A stretch of 64,000 nucleotides of DNA from an uncultured Methanosarcinales archaeon. GTDB taxonomy: Archaea > Nanobdellota > Nanobdellia > Woesearchaeales > JACPBV01. The stretch is from NCBI GenBank assembly GCA_964577685.1, contig CAZNZT010000004.1, positions 1-64,000 on the forward strand, read 5' to 3'. Every line of letters begins with the position of its first letter. Position 1 is the first letter of the stretch. The notes under the pieces were generated by a model that was given only the letters and a program-made list of their open reading frames with translations, was not told the DNA's origin and did no database searches. Positions 36,898-49,365 of the stretch are shown piece by piece. The translations under genes were made by a program, and so were the position numbers.

Positions 36898-38481
36898 ATG
36901 CAAGAATATCAAAGATACATTCATTGGGCTGACAGTATTGCCCAGAGGATTATAACGGAGAAGGGGCGTAAGGATGTATATACTATAGCTGCTGGAATAA
37001 CCCCTTCTGGTACTGTGCATATTGGTAATTTTAGGGAAATAATTACTGTTGATTTTGTTAATAGGGCTCTTAAGGACTTGAAGAAGAAAGTGAGGTTTAT
37101 CTATTCTTGGGATGATTATGATGTTTTTAGGAAAATTCCAAAAAATATGCCGAAGCAAGATATTCTACATGGTTACTTGAGGCAACCAATTGTTGATACC
37201 CCAGATACTTTTGGTTGTCATAGCTCCTATGCTGAACATAATGAGAAGGAGATTGAAAATGTTCTCGGAAATGTTGGGATAAATCCTGTTTTTCTTTATC
37301 AAAGTAAGAAGTACAGGAATTGTGAGTACAAAGATGAGATAAAATATGTGCTTAATAGTAGGGACAGGATCAAGACTATTTTGAATAGATTTAGAAAAGA
37401 ACCCTTGCCAGATGATTGGTATCCCTTGAGTGTATATTGTGAGAAGTGTAATACAGATAGGACTAGGGTGCTGGATTATGATTCAAATTATTGTATTAGA
37501 TATTCCTGTGAGTGTGGTTTTACAGGAGTTGTTGATTTTAGCAAGAAGGGGATAGTAAAGTTGCCTTGGAGGGTTGATTGGCCTATGAGATGGCATTATG
37601 AAAAGGTTGACTTTGAACCTGGAGGAAAGGAGCATAGTACAGTAGGTGGTAGCTATTCAACAGCAAAATTAATAATAAAGGAACTGTATAATGAGAAACC
37701 CCCTGTTTACCAGAAGTACGAGTTTATTATACTCAAGGGCGTTGGCGGTAAGATGTCTAGTTCTTCTGGTAATGTTATAACCTTAAAAGATGCCTTAGAA
37801 ATCTATGAACCAGCTATTGTGAGATATCTATTCGCATCAACAAGACCAGATGCAGAGTTTTCAATAAGCTTTGATTTGGATGTCCTTAAGATTTATGAGG
37901 ACTTTGATAAGTGTGAAAGGATATATTATGGGAAAGAAAAAGTGGGAAAGAAGGAGTATCTGAAACAAAAGAGAATCTATGAATTAAGTTGCGTGGATAA
38001 GCCACCAAAAAGAATTCCTTTGCAGCCTAGCTTTAGGCATTTGACGAGCCTTGTACAGATATTTAATAATAACTTTGATGAGGTAAAAAAACACTATGTT
38101 AGTCAGATTTCTGGTAGAGAAGATATCTTAAGATTGAAGTCAAGAGCAATGTGTGCTTGGAATTGGGTAAAAAAATATGCTCCCGAGACTATGAGGTTTA
38201 GTCTTCAAAGTAAAGTTAATATTGGGCTAAAGAGTAAAGAGAAGAATGCATTATCTTTGCTTTTGGATTATCTTGAGGAAAATAAGAAGCTTGACACAAA
38301 TCTTTTGTACGAAGAATTTTATAATATCTCTAGAAAAGTTGATATTGATCCAAAAGATTTTTTTAAACTTGTTTATAGGGTTCTTATTGATAAGGATAGG
38401 GGGCCAAGATTAGCTTCTTTTATAGTAGCCATAGGCAGAGAACGAGTTATTGGTCTTTTAAGACAAGCTGTGGGAAGTTAA
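36898..38481 (+). CDS. lysS: Lysine--tRNA ligase, class I
   Basis: HWAD, GITPSGTVHIGNFRE, KLPWRVDWPMRW, FEPGGKEH, KMSSSSGN and GPRL motifs. Confidence 0.96.
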   Translation: MQEYQRYIHWADSIAQRIITEKGRKDVYTIAAGITPSGTVHIGNFREIITVDFVNRALKDLKKKVRFIYSWDDYDVFRKIPKNMPKQDILHGYLRQPIVDTPDTFGCHSSYAEHNEKEIENVLGNVGINPVFLYQSKKYRNCEYKDEIKYVLNSRDRIKTILNRFRKEPLPDDWYPLSVYCEKCNTDRTRVLDYDSNYCIRYSCECGFTGVVDFSKKGIVKLPWRVDWPMRWHYEKVDFEPGGKEHSTVGGSYSTAKLIIKELYNEKPPVYQKYEFIILKGVGGKMSSSSGNVITLKDALEIYEPAIVRYLFASTRPDAEFSISFDLDVLKIYEDFDKCERIYYGKEKVGKKEYLKQKRIYELSCVDKPPKRIPLQPSFRHLTSLVQIFNNNFDEVKKHYVSQISGREDILRLKSRAMCAWNWVKKYAPETMRFSLQSKVNIGLKSKEKNALSLLLDYLEENKKLDTNLLYEEFYNISRKVDIDPKDFFKLVYRVLIDKDRGPRLASFIVAIGRERVIGLLRQAVGS

Positions 38482-38522
38482 CAAAAAATTATTTAAATAG
38501 GTATTATTTCTTAGGTTTGAGA

Positions 38523-39845
38523 ATGATTGTAATGAAATTTGGTGGCTCTTCTGTGGGTAATGCAGATAGAATCAAGAATGTTTCGGATATAATAAAGAAG
38601 AATCTTGAGAAGAAACCTATTGTTGTTGTTAGTGCTGTTAGAGGAATTACTGATAGGTTGATAGAGTTAGCAAATAAGAGTTCAGAGGGCAAGGATGTTA
38701 GCAAGGAACTAGAGGAAATAAAAAAAATACATTATGATATAATTAATCAGTTGGGTCTTGATTCCAAGTTGGTTGATAAGGAACTCAAAGAGCTTTCAGA
38801 ATTAGTAGATAAAATCTTTGTTTTGAAGAGGGTGACTCTTGAGTTAATGGATGAAATCCAAAGTTTTGGTGAGAGGATTTCATGTAGGATACTAGCGGCG
38901 TATCTCAGGAAGATTGGAATAAATGCAAAAGCTTTTGATGCTTATGATTTGGGGATGATAACCACACCTGACTATGGATGTGCTGAGCCATTACCAGATA
39001 CTGAAGAGAAAATAGACAGAGCCATAAAGAAACTTGATGTTATCCCTGTGATTACTGGTTTTATAGGAAAGGATTCTGCTGGTAATATAACAACTTTCGG
39101 TAGGGGTGGTTCTGATTATACTGCAGGCATTATAGGTGCTGCTGTAAAAGCTAAGGAGATACAGATTTGGACGGATGTTGAGGGGGTGCTAACAGCAGAC
39201 CCCAAGGTTGTTAGTGGTGCTAGAACTATTGATAAGATAAGCTTTGATGAGGCTTCAGAGTTGGCATATTTTGGTGCAAGAGTTTTGCATCCTAAGACGA
39301 TTTTACCTGCTATAAATAAGAACATACCTGTGAGGGTTCTTAGTTCTTTTTCTCCGGAACATCCTGGAACATTAATAGTTAGCGAGTTAAATAAAATAGA
39401 TGGTGTTGTTAAGGCAATAGCTTGTAAGAAGAACATATATCTTGTAAACATAGTCTCTACTAGGATGTTACTGGCTCATGGTTTTTTAGCTAGAATTTTT
39501 AACATTTTTGAGGATTACAAAAAGAGTGTAGATATGGTTTCTACTTCCGAGGTTTCTGTAAGTTTGACTCTTGATAATGATTCACACCTTGATGATATCT
39601 TAGAGGATTTGAGGAGCATTGCTGATGTGAGGGTTAGTAAGGACAAGGCAATTGTTTGTGTTGTTGGTGCAGGAATGAAGAATACACCTGGCATTGCCGG
39701 TAGGGTTTTTAGTACATTGGGTAAGAACAATATCAGTGTTGAAATGATTAGCCAAGGAGCATCAGAAATAAATATTGGATTTATTGTTGATGGTAAGGAT
39801 GCAGATAATGCAGTAAGGCTTCTACATAAGGAGTTTATTTCTTAA
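38523..39845 (+). CDS. lysC: Aspartate kinase with two ACT domains
   Basis: VMKFGGSSV, VVSA, TTFGRGGSDYT, WTDVEGVLTADP and GARVLHP motifs. Confidence 0.92.
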   Translation: MIVMKFGGSSVGNADRIKNVSDIIKKNLEKKPIVVVSAVRGITDRLIELANKSSEGKDVSKELEEIKKIHYDIINQLGLDSKLVDKELKELSELVDKIFVLKRVTLELMDEIQSFGERISCRILAAYLRKIGINAKAFDAYDLGMITTPDYGCAEPLPDTEEKIDRAIKKLDVIPVITGFIGKDSAGNITTFGRGGSDYTAGIIGAAVKAKEIQIWTDVEGVLTADPKVVSGARTIDKISFDEASELAYFGARVLHPKTILPAINKNIPVRVLSSFSPEHPGTLIVSELNKIDGVVKAIACKKNIYLVNIVSTRMLLAHGFLARIFNIFEDYKKSVDMVSTSEVSVSLTLDNDSHLDDILEDLRSIADVRVSKDKAIVCVVGAGMKNTPGIAGRVFSTLGKNNISVEMISQGASEINIGFIVDGKDADNAVRLLHKEFIS

Positions 39846-40276
39846 TTCCATGGCCACTTTATACATTTTTTATATCTGAAAAGGGAATAATCTGCATTTC
39901 CGTTTATTACAAAAGTTTTTGTTTTGTTTCCTTTTAGTAATCTTTTTGCTTTTTTGAGAGTTTTTCCTGTTTTTGATATGGCATCTACTATTAGTATATT
40001 TTTATTTTTTATTTTTTTTAATCTATTGCTTATTGGTTTTTTTAGTATTGGTTCTTTGTGTATTGGTTTGTTATTTTTGTCTCTATAGTTGAGGTAGATG
40101 GTGTAAACAGGTATCCCAAGAAATCTTTTTAAGATGTGTGCTGGTTCTATTCCGTCTCTTCCTATTGCTACTATTATATCAAATTTTGGAAGTCTTATTT
40201 TCTTTAGTTTCCTGATTATCTCTATTTTTTTTATTCTTATTTTATTATCTCTCTTATTGGTTTTGCTGTTATCCAT
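39842..40276 (-). CDS. Type I phosphoribosyltransferase-fold protein with a degenerate PRPP loop
   Basis: VAIGRDG and ILIVDAISKTGKTL (DA in place of DD). Confidence 0.7.
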   Translation of the reverse strand: MDNSKTNKRDNKIRIKKIEIIRKLKKIRLPKFDIIVAIGRDGIEPAHILKRFLGIPVYTIYLNYRDKNNKPIHKEPILKKPISNRLKKIKNKNILIVDAISKTGKTLKKAKRLLKGNKTKTFVINGNADYSLFRYKKCIKWPWN

Positions 40277-40737
40277 GCTATAAACCCACAAAGTATATCA
40301 GAGAATAATAGGGCAACCACTACCATCTTTACTATCCTTATTGGCATATTCGCCAAATATATATCAGTAAACCATAACCATGGTAATTGTATTAGGTATG
40401 CTATTAGGACAGATAAGATAATATTCAAACCATACCTTAGGAATAAACCTGCAAAAAAACCTAGTATCATATTCCCGAACACTATATATGGATTGTTTAG
40501 GCTTATGGCTGTCCATATGCTTCCAAATGCACCAGAGATTAGTCCTCCAATAGGACCATATATTATTGCTGCTACGAATATTAGGTATTGGAAGAAATGT
40601 ATTCTTAGACCAAATGTAGTTGTGTAGTGGTACATGCCTAGCCAGTTTGGTAATATGGACAGGAGTAAGAGAAGTAGTACAGATTTCCATGTGAGGCTTA
40701 TGTTAAAGTTAAATATATTTTTGTATTCCATCTTCAT
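40237..40737 (-). CDS. ECF transporter S component, possibly folate-specific
   Basis: Hydrophobic ~165-aa protein with AAIIYGPIGGLISG motif; directly downstream of folD. Confidence 0.75.
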   Translation of the reverse strand: MKMEYKNIFNFNISLTWKSVLLLLLLSILPNWLGMYHYTTTFGLRIHFFQYLIFVAAIIYGPIGGLISGAFGSIWTAISLNNPYIVFGNMILGFFAGLFLRYGLNIILSVLIAYLIQLPWLWFTDIYLANMPIRIVKMVVVALLFSDILCGFIAWITAKPIREIIK

Positions 40738-40745
40738 TTTTCTGT

Positions 40746-41600
40746 TTATTCTGGTTGCAACAATCTTTTTTGTAATTCCATACAAGTTAGTGTGTTTTCC
40801 AATAGCATTGCAATTGTCATTGGACCTACACCACCAGGGACAGGGGTTATATATCCTGCCACTTCTTTAACTTCATCAAAGTCGACATCACCTACTAGCT
40901 TATTTTCTAATCTGTTTATTCCAACATCAATAACTATTGCTCCTCTTTTTACCATGTTTTTCTTCAAGAATTTTGGCTTTCCTACAGCAACAACTAATAT
41001 GTCTGCTTGTTTTGTTATTTCTGTTAGGTTTTCTGTTTTACTATGACAGATTGTTACTGTGGCATTTTTTTGTAGTAGTAAGGTAGCAGTTGGTTTTCCT
41101 ACAATATTGCTTCTACCTACTATAACCGCATGTTTTCCTTCTATTTCTATCCCAGTTGATTCTATTAGTTTTATTATTCCCTTTGGTGTTGCAGGAACTA
41201 TTCTGTTTCTTCCTAGGAACATCTCACCTATGTTTACCGGAGTAAAGCCGTCTGCATCTTTTTCCGGCAATATAGCATCAATTACCAAGTGCTGGTTTAT
41301 ATGCTTTGGTAATGGTAGCTGCACTATCATACCATTTATCTTACTTTCTTGATTTAATCTATCAATAAGTTCTAGAAGTTCTTCCTCTGTAGTTTCTTCT
41401 TTTAAATTATATACTTCTGAATAGATTCCAACCTCTTTGCATGCCTTGTCTTTTCCTTTCACATAAACCTGAGAAGCAGGATTGTCACCTACAAGGATAA
41501 ATGCTAAGCCCGGTGTTTTCCCTATACTCTTTATTTTTTCTTTAATCTCATTTCTAACTTCTTGTGCTATTTTTTTACCATCAATTATCTTGGCTGTCAT
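40746..41600 (-). CDS. folD: Bifunctional methylenetetrahydrofolate dehydrogenase/cyclohydrolase
   Basis: IIDGKKIA, VQLPLP, KDADGF, GRSNIVGKP, IDVGIN and TPVPGGVGPMT motifs. Confidence 0.96.
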   Translation of the reverse strand: MTAKIIDGKKIAQEVRNEIKEKIKSIGKTPGLAFILVGDNPASQVYVKGKDKACKEVGIYSEVYNLKEETTEEELLELIDRLNQESKINGMIVQLPLPKHINQHLVIDAILPEKDADGFTPVNIGEMFLGRNRIVPATPKGIIKLIESTGIEIEGKHAVIVGRSNIVGKPTATLLLQKNATVTICHSKTENLTEITKQADILVVAVGKPKFLKKNMVKRGAIVIDVGINRLENKLVGDVDFDEVKEVAGYITPVPGGVGPMTIAMLLENTLTCMELQKRLLQPE

Positions 41601-41668
41601 CTTTTATATCTTGATTCTTGATATATCCTAATTTTTTGGTCTTAATAAAGTTTTTGTTCTTATTATGT

Positions 41669-42976
41669 CTATTCCAAGACATCTAGATTGGGATAAAGAG
41701 GGAATTGTTTTGTTAGCTCTATTATATCATCTCTTATCTTTTTTAGTATGTTTTTATCTTTATAGTTTTCAATTACTTTGGCTATTGCCTTGGCAATGAA
41801 CTTCATTTCACTTTCTTTCATTCCTCTTGTAGTTACAGCAGGAGTTCCTAATCTTAAGCCAGATGGATTGAATGGGGACGCTTCATCAAATGGTACGGTG
41901 TTTTTATTTAAAGTAATCGCTGCTTCATCCATTGCGTTTTGGATTTCTTTTCCTTTTCCTGTTAATCCTTTTGGCCTCAAATCAATAAGCATTAGGTGGT
42001 TATCTGTTCCATTTGTGACTAGTTTTAGCCCTTGAGCCATTAGCTCATCTGCCATTGCCTTTGCGTTTTTTACTATTTGTTTTGCATATTCCTTGAACTC
42101 TGGTTTAAGTGCTTCTCCGAAGGCAACCGCCTTTGCTGCTGCTATATGGTCATGAGGTCCTCCTTGAAGTCCAGGGAATACTGCGGAATCAATTAGCTGT
42201 GCTAGGTTTTTTTTACTATTGGGATGGTATTTATCATGTAGTCTGTCTTCTATTTTACACATTATTATTGCTCCCCTTGGACCTCTTAGTGTCTTATGGG
42301 TAGTTGTTGTGACAACATCAGTGAATGGGAATGGAGAGGGATGAACGCCCCCTGATATTAACCCAGCTATGTGTGATATATCTGCAAAGTGGTATGCATC
42401 TGTCTCTTCACAAATCTCTTGGAATGCCTTAAAGTCTATTATCCTTGGATAGGCTGTTAAACTGGATATTATCATCTTTGGTTTTTCCTTTTTTGCTATT
42501 TTTCTTACTTTATCCATGTCTATTAATTCTGTTTTTTTATCTACAAAGTATGGAACACACTTGTAGTGTTTCCCAGAAAAGTTAACAGGACTGCCATGGG
42601 TTAGATGGCCACCGCAGCTTAGGTCTAGTCCCATAAACTTGTCACCTAGGTTTAATAAGGCAAAGAATACCGCTTGGTTTGCTGGTGAACCAGAGTAAGG
42701 CTGGACATTTACATGTTCTGCCCCAAATAATTTTTTTGCTCTTTCTATAGCTAGGTTTTCTATAGCATCCACAAATTCTTGACCCCCGTAGTAGCGTTTT
42801 CCTGGATAACCTTCTGAATATTTATTTGTGAAAACAGAACCCATTGCTTGCAAGACTGCTTTGCTTACAAAGTTCTCAGAAGGGATTAGCTCAACTCCTT
42901 TTTCTATTCTGTCTTCTTCACTCAATATAAGCTTATAAACTTCAGGGTCTGATTCCTTTAGGTTGTTCATCAACAT
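41669..42976 (-). CDS. glyA: Serine hydroxymethyltransferase
   Basis: [42 protein letters not shown] and GTDNHL motifs. Confidence 0.96.
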   Translation of the reverse strand: MLMNNLKESDPEVYKLILSEEDRIEKGVELIPSENFVSKAVLQAMGSVFTNKYSEGYPGKRYYGGQEFVDAIENLAIERAKKLFGAEHVNVQPYSGSPANQAVFFALLNLGDKFMGLDLSCGGHLTHGSPVNFSGKHYKCVPYFVDKKTELIDMDKVRKIAKKEKPKMIISSLTAYPRIIDFKAFQEICEETDAYHFADISHIAGLISGGVHPSPFPFTDVVTTTTHKTLRGPRGAIIMCKIEDRLHDKYHPNSKKNLAQLIDSAVFPGLQGGPHDHIAAAKAVAFGEALKPEFKEYAKQIVKNAKAMADELMAQGLKLVTNGTDNHLMLIDLRPKGLTGKGKEIQNAMDEAAITLNKNTVPFDEASPFNPSGLRLGTPAVTTRGMKESEMKFIAKAIAKVIENYKDKNILKKIRDDIIELTKQFPLYPNLDVLE

Positions 42977-43032
42977 TTGTTCACCTCTTAAAGATTTTTT
43001 TAGTGTTGTTTTCTATTTTAAAATTTTAAGAT

Positions 43033-43584
43033 TTATTTATACATCCTGCTTAGTAAATCGCTTTTTGTTATTATCCCTTTTAATTCTCCATTCTCACTGA
43101 CTAGCACCATTGGGTAGAACTTTAATAGATTTGAGACCAGTGTTATGGTTGTGTTTTTTGATACAATGGGGGCTGAATCATCCATTATGTCTTTTATCTT
43201 ATTGCTTTTTTTGTTTAATATTGCTTCTAGGATTGTTGACTCTGAAACAGTTCCTAGGCTCTTGTTGTCTTCTATAACGGGCATCTGTGATATATTTGAC
43301 CTTTTCATCTTTTTAATAGCTTCTTTTATATCATCTTGAGGCCTAACATGTATTATTTTTTTTGTCATAATTTCTTCTGCTTTTAGTTCGTGCTTTTTGC
43401 CTATTGATTCTATGGTTTCAAATATCTTTCTTATTTTTGAGTAGGTGGGGTCTATCCTTCCTGCTTCTATCTTTGCGATTAGTGATTGAGAGACACCCGA
43501 TATTTTTGCTAGTTCTGATTGTGTCAGTCCAAATTTTTTTCTTATTTCCTTTATTTCAGACAACTCGTAAAACCTGCAATGCAT
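43033..43584 (-). CDS. XRE-HTH plus tandem CBS domain transcriptional regulator (COG3620-like)
   Basis: GLTQSELAKISGVSQSLIAKIEAGRIDP followed by a CBS pair (ISQMPVI, GIITKSDLL). Confidence 0.9.
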   Translation of the reverse strand: MHCRFYELSEIKEIRKKFGLTQSELAKISGVSQSLIAKIEAGRIDPTYSKIRKIFETIESIGKKHELKAEEIMTKKIIHVRPQDDIKEAIKKMKRSNISQMPVIEDNKSLGTVSESTILEAILNKKSNKIKDIMDDSAPIVSKNTTITLVSNLLKFYPMVLVSENGELKGIITKSDLLSRMYK

Positions 43585-43673
43585 ATTAAACTAAAAGTTT
43601 TGAACAACTATTTATTATTTTCGGAATATTTTTTTCAAAATAATTTTTAAATAAGTGCTTAGTTTGGTATGTT

Positions 43674-44684
43674 ATGGTAGATAACAATTCGCTCGTTGTG
43701 GTTTTAGATGAAGAAAGTAGAGAGACTTGTGATATGTTGGGTTGGAGATATTTTCCAGGAGGGCGTAAAAGAGATGATAGGGATTATGTTATAGAGACTC
43801 CCCTTGGTTCTCCTAGAGTTGTTCGTGGTACGCTTGTTGATGAACCTAATTTGAGGTATCACTCTTCTGAGTATCTGTATTTGGAAGTAACAGATTATTG
43901 TAATTTTAGGTGTAAGCATTGTGGCGTTGGTGATGAGGTTGTTCATCTTCCAATCACGGAGATAGTGTCTGATGGAGGTGTTTATATAACAGAGCGGTTT
44001 GTTGAGGGTCTGGCTGATGCTTTGTCTGGGGATTATCCTAATGCGGTTGGTTATAGAAGGCTTTTTTATGGTGGTGGGGAGCCATTGTTGAATCCACAAA
44101 GATTTGGGGAAATCAACAAGGCTTTTGCTTCATTAGATAGAACCTTTAGGGTTGTTGTAACTAATGGATGTTCTGTTCCCTTAGACTTTGAAAAATTTAG
44201 GGATTATGTTGACCAGATAGGTCGTCCTTCACATTTGTTTTTGACTGTAAGCAAAGAACATATGAGGCAATATAGGGTGCTTACTAATAGGCTTGCTTCT
44301 GGTGATTATGATTTAGAAGATTTTATTCCTAGTCCTGCTGAAGCAAAAGAACCACTTATCGCTAAGGCAGATATATTGGATAAGCATACTAAAAGACTTA
44401 GGAATGCTGGTTTTGATTTGGAATTCTTGGTTCTTACCCTTAGTTCTAGGAGTGATACTTCCTTTGAAGAGGAGATAAGGGAAGCCATTCTTAGGGAGGG
44501 GACATCAAATCCTGCTCTTTTTGGTATAACCGTAGATGGTACTAGGGATCCATGTAGTAAAGCACAAGAGCTTAGTATTAGAACCAATGGCGATTTGTAT
44601 CCTCATTGTTATGATATATTCACGGGAAGAAACAAGATAGGTATTGTGGGATTCCTTCTTGGTGAGGATAATGGTGAGCTTTAG
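43674..44684 (+). CDS. Radical SAM protein of unknown function
   Basis: CNFRCKHC, GGGEPLL and VTNG motifs; C-terminal C...IRTNGDLYPHC twitch-like remnant. Confidence 0.85.
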   Translation: MVDNNSLVVVLDEESRETCDMLGWRYFPGGRKRDDRDYVIETPLGSPRVVRGTLVDEPNLRYHSSEYLYLEVTDYCNFRCKHCGVGDEVVHLPITEIVSDGGVYITERFVEGLADALSGDYPNAVGYRRLFYGGGEPLLNPQRFGEINKAFASLDRTFRVVVTNGCSVPLDFEKFRDYVDQIGRPSHLFLTVSKEHMRQYRVLTNRLASGDYDLEDFIPSPAEAKEPLIAKADILDKHTKRLRNAGFDLEFLVLTLSSRSDTSFEEEIREAILREGTSNPALFGITVDGTRDPCSKAQELSIRTNGDLYPHCYDIFTGRNKIGIVGFLLGEDNGEL

Positions 44685-44686
44685 TA

Positions 44687-44724
44687 ATTCCTATTGGAAT
44701 ATTTTTATCAGAAATATTTTTAAA
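44687..44724 (+). promoter_or_regulatory. Palindrome ATTCC-N4-GGAAT followed by TATA upstream of metK
   Basis: 44696-44724 matches 43623-43651 at 25 of 29 positions. Confidence 0.55.
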
Positions 44725-44797
44725 GAATTTTTCTTTTTGTTTTTTTATGTAGCAAAATGCTTTTTCTATCTAAATGTAAAAATAGGAGGGATATAAA

Positions 44798-45958
44798 ATG
44801 GGAAAGATAAGGTATATAACTAGTGAGAGTGTTACTGAAGGCCATCCAGATAAAATATGTGACCAGATTTCAGATGCTATACTTGATGAGCTTTATAAGC
44901 AAGATCCAAATTCAAGAGTTGCTGTTGAATGCTTAACTACAACTGGTACTGTGCATGTGGCTGGTGAGGTTACAACTAATGGGTATGTAGATGTTCAGAA
45001 GGTTGTTAGAAATACTTTGAGGGGAATAGGATATACTAACCCTAAGTTTGGAATTGACTGTGAAGATGCAGGTGTTTGGGTGAGTATCCACGAACAAAGT
45101 CCAGATATAGGCAAGGGTGTAATAGAAAGCGGGGGTAAGGAGCAAGGAGCTGGGGATCAAGGAATGATGTATGGTTATGCTTCTAATGAAACCCCTGAGC
45201 TTATGCCTTTTCCTATTGTTATTGCTCACAAGCTTACGAGGAGATTAGCTTATGTTAGAAAACAAGGAGTGATACCTAATTTAGGCCCTGACGGAAAAAG
45301 TCAGGTGAGTGTTATGTATGAGGATGACAAACCAAAGAAGATAACAGCTGTTGTTATTGCACAACAGCATACAGATGATATTTCTGAGGAAGAATTGAAA
45401 AAACAGATTATTGAGCATGTGATAAAACCAATCTGTAAAGATTATATTGATGAGGATACAAAGATATTCGTAAATGCAACTGGCTCGTTTGTTATTGGTG
45501 GTCCTGAGGGGGATACTGGTGTAACAGGTAGGAAAATTATGGTTGATACTTATGGTGGTGTTGGTAGGCATGGTGGTGGTTGTTTTTCTGGTAAGGATCC
45601 TTCCAAGGTTGACAGAAGTGGGGCCTATGCAGCAAGATATATAGCAAAGAACATAGTGGCAGCTGGTTTGGCTGATAGATGCGAGGTTCAGCTTAGTTAT
45701 TGTATAGGTATAGCAGAACCCACATCAATAAATGTAGATTGCTTTGGCACAAATAAGATTCCTGAGGAAAGGATAGTTGAGCTTGTAAAAAAGCATTTTC
45801 CATTGAAACCAAGGGATATTATTGAAACCCTAAGGCTGAGAAGACCTATTTATAGGAAGACAGCAGCCTATGGCCATTTTGGAAGGAATGATCCTGACTT
45901 CACATGGGAGAGAACAGATAAGGCTGATGTGCTTAGGAAAGAGGCTGGTTTGGATTAA
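44798..45958 (+). CDS. metK: S-adenosylmethionine synthetase, bacterial/eukaryotic type
   Basis: [35 protein letters not shown] and [16 protein letters not shown] motifs. Confidence 0.96.
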   Translation: MGKIRYITSESVTEGHPDKICDQISDAILDELYKQDPNSRVAVECLTTTGTVHVAGEVTTNGYVDVQKVVRNTLRGIGYTNPKFGIDCEDAGVWVSIHEQSPDIGKGVIESGGKEQGAGDQGMMYGYASNETPELMPFPIVIAHKLTRRLAYVRKQGVIPNLGPDGKSQVSVMYEDDKPKKITAVVIAQQHTDDISEEELKKQIIEHVIKPICKDYIDEDTKIFVNATGSFVIGGPEGDTGVTGRKIMVDTYGGVGRHGGGCFSGKDPSKVDRSGAYAARYIAKNIVAAGLADRCEVQLSYCIGIAEPTSINVDCFGTNKIPEERIVELVKKHFPLKPRDIIETLRLRRPIYRKTAAYGHFGRNDPDFTWERTDKADVLRKEAGLD

Positions 45959-45971
45959 TAGGGTTAGGGAT

Positions 45972-46379
45972 TTAATCCCTGTGCCTCAGTCCGAATCTGT
46001 TGTCTATTTCCTCTGCAATACTTTCAATTTCATCAAGAATCCTATTTGCATCTTTTCTTATTTCTTCTACTGCTGCCTTTAGGCTTCCACCCCTTATATA
46101 GATAAGCCTCTTCTCTCTGTAGATTAATCCTGAACTTATCAGGTTTCTTAGATGATGGTTTACTGTTGCTTTTGTTATTTTTAAATCGTTAGCAAGCATG
46201 TCAGATGATATTCTTATATTTCTTGAAAGTTTTTCTATTACCCCTGCAACTATTTTGTTTGCTATTGAACTAGTATCCCTACCGGATGATAGAGCAAAAC
46301 TATCGCATACCCAATTTATGTCTTTTACTATGTCTTTTTCTAATGGTTTTTCTATCTTTTTTAGGACTATCTGTTGCAT
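45972..46379 (-). CDS. Winged-HTH transcriptional regulator with C-terminal coiled coil, divergent from groES
   Basis: SSDMLANDLKITKATVNHHLRNLISSGLI helix-turn-helix. Confidence 0.8.
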   Translation of the reverse strand: MQQIVLKKIEKPLEKDIVKDINWVCDSFALSSGRDTSSIANKIVAGVIEKLSRNIRISSDMLANDLKITKATVNHHLRNLISSGLIYREKRLIYIRGGSLKAAVEEIRKDANRILDEIESIAEEIDNRFGLRHRD

Positions 46380-46572
46380 TTTCTTTAAATTATTTGGTTT
46401 ATCTCATATTTAAGTTTTTCGGTATATTATTAATATTATTTTTATTTTATATAATTTATATTTCTAAAAACAATAAAATTTAAATATAAGTTATTTTTTG
46501 TCTTTCGTTTAGTTGTCTGTTTAACTTTGTTTGGTGGATTGTTTTATTGTGGATTTTATGGAGGTGTAAAAA

Positions 46573-48464
<1,892 letters not shown>

Positions 48465-48610
48465 ACATGGTTAAATTCAAATTTTTAATTTTTTAATTTT
48501 TCTTTTGTTTAAGATATTTTTCTGATTTTGTTTGCTATTGTAGTATGGTTGTATAAATACTATTCTTTTTTAGTAAAATTTTTAAATCTTGCTTTAAACT
48601 TATTTTAGCT

Positions 48611-48826
48611 ATGGGGCAGCAGGAGGTTTATGATTTACTGAAGAAATATAAGGATAAATGGTTAAACGCAAGAGAAATAGCAAATTTGTTGGGCGCTTCT
48701 TTTAATACAGTTGTTGGGAATCTGAAGAGGTTAAGAAAGGCTGGCATTATATTATTCAAGAAGGCGTACCAAATAGTTGAACCTGCTGGTAGAAGGGTTG
48801 TTTATTTGTACAAATTTAAGAAATGA
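48611..48826 (+). CDS. Small winged-HTH DNA-binding protein
   Basis: WLNAREIANLLGASFNTVVGNLKRLRK; ATGA overlap with hpt. Confidence 0.8.
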   Translation: MGQQEVYDLLKKYKDKWLNAREIANLLGASFNTVVGNLKRLRKAGIILFKKAYQIVEPAGRRVVYLYKFKK

Positions 48827-49365
48827 GGGTAAGAAAACTTTTGGATAAAGAGGAGATTCTTTCTATAATAAGGAGATTAGCAAAGAACATAGTTAATTAT
48901 TATAATAGCGAATTAAATCTAGTTGTTGTTCTTGAAGGGGCTAGAAGATTTGCTCTTGATTTGGTTGATGAAATACTAAAAATAAAGAGCATAAAAATTA
49001 ATATTTTTTATATCAAGTTATCAAGTTATGGTTCAGGTACAAGTTCATCTGGTAAGGTTATAGTAGAAAAAGACATAAAAGAGAATCTTGAGGGTAAGGA
49101 TTTGTTGATTGTGGAAGATATAGTTGATACGGGAATTACTATAAACTTTCTTAGAAGCTATCTGTTGAATAACAAAAAGGCTGGCTCTGTTAGAATATGC
49201 ACTTTGCTGGATAAACCATCAAGAAGGAAAGTTAATGTGGAGTTAGATTATGTTGGTTATGAAGTACCAAATAAGTTTGTTGTTGGTTATGGTGTTGATT
49301 TTGATGGAAAATATAGGGAGCTAGACTATATTGGTTTTTTAGAGCAGAATGTTGATAAAAAATAA
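48823..49365 (+). CDS. hpt: Hypoxanthine phosphoribosyltransferase
   Basis: VLEGA, SSYGSGTSSSG, LIVEDIVDTG, LLDKPSRR and FVVGYGVD motifs. Confidence 0.92.
   Translation: MRVRKLLDKEEILSIIRRLAKNIVNYYNSELNLVVVLEGARRFALDLVDEILKIKSIKINIFYIKLSSYGSGTSSSGKVIVEKDIKENLEGKDLLIVEDIVDTGITINFLRSYLLNNKKAGSVRICTLLDKPSRRKVNVELDYVGYEVPNKFVVGYGVDFDGKYRELDYIGFLEQNVDKK

Noticed and set aside
46380..46572. CIRCE/HrcA operator upstream of groES
   Set aside because: No TTAGCACTC-N9-GAGTGCTAA match.
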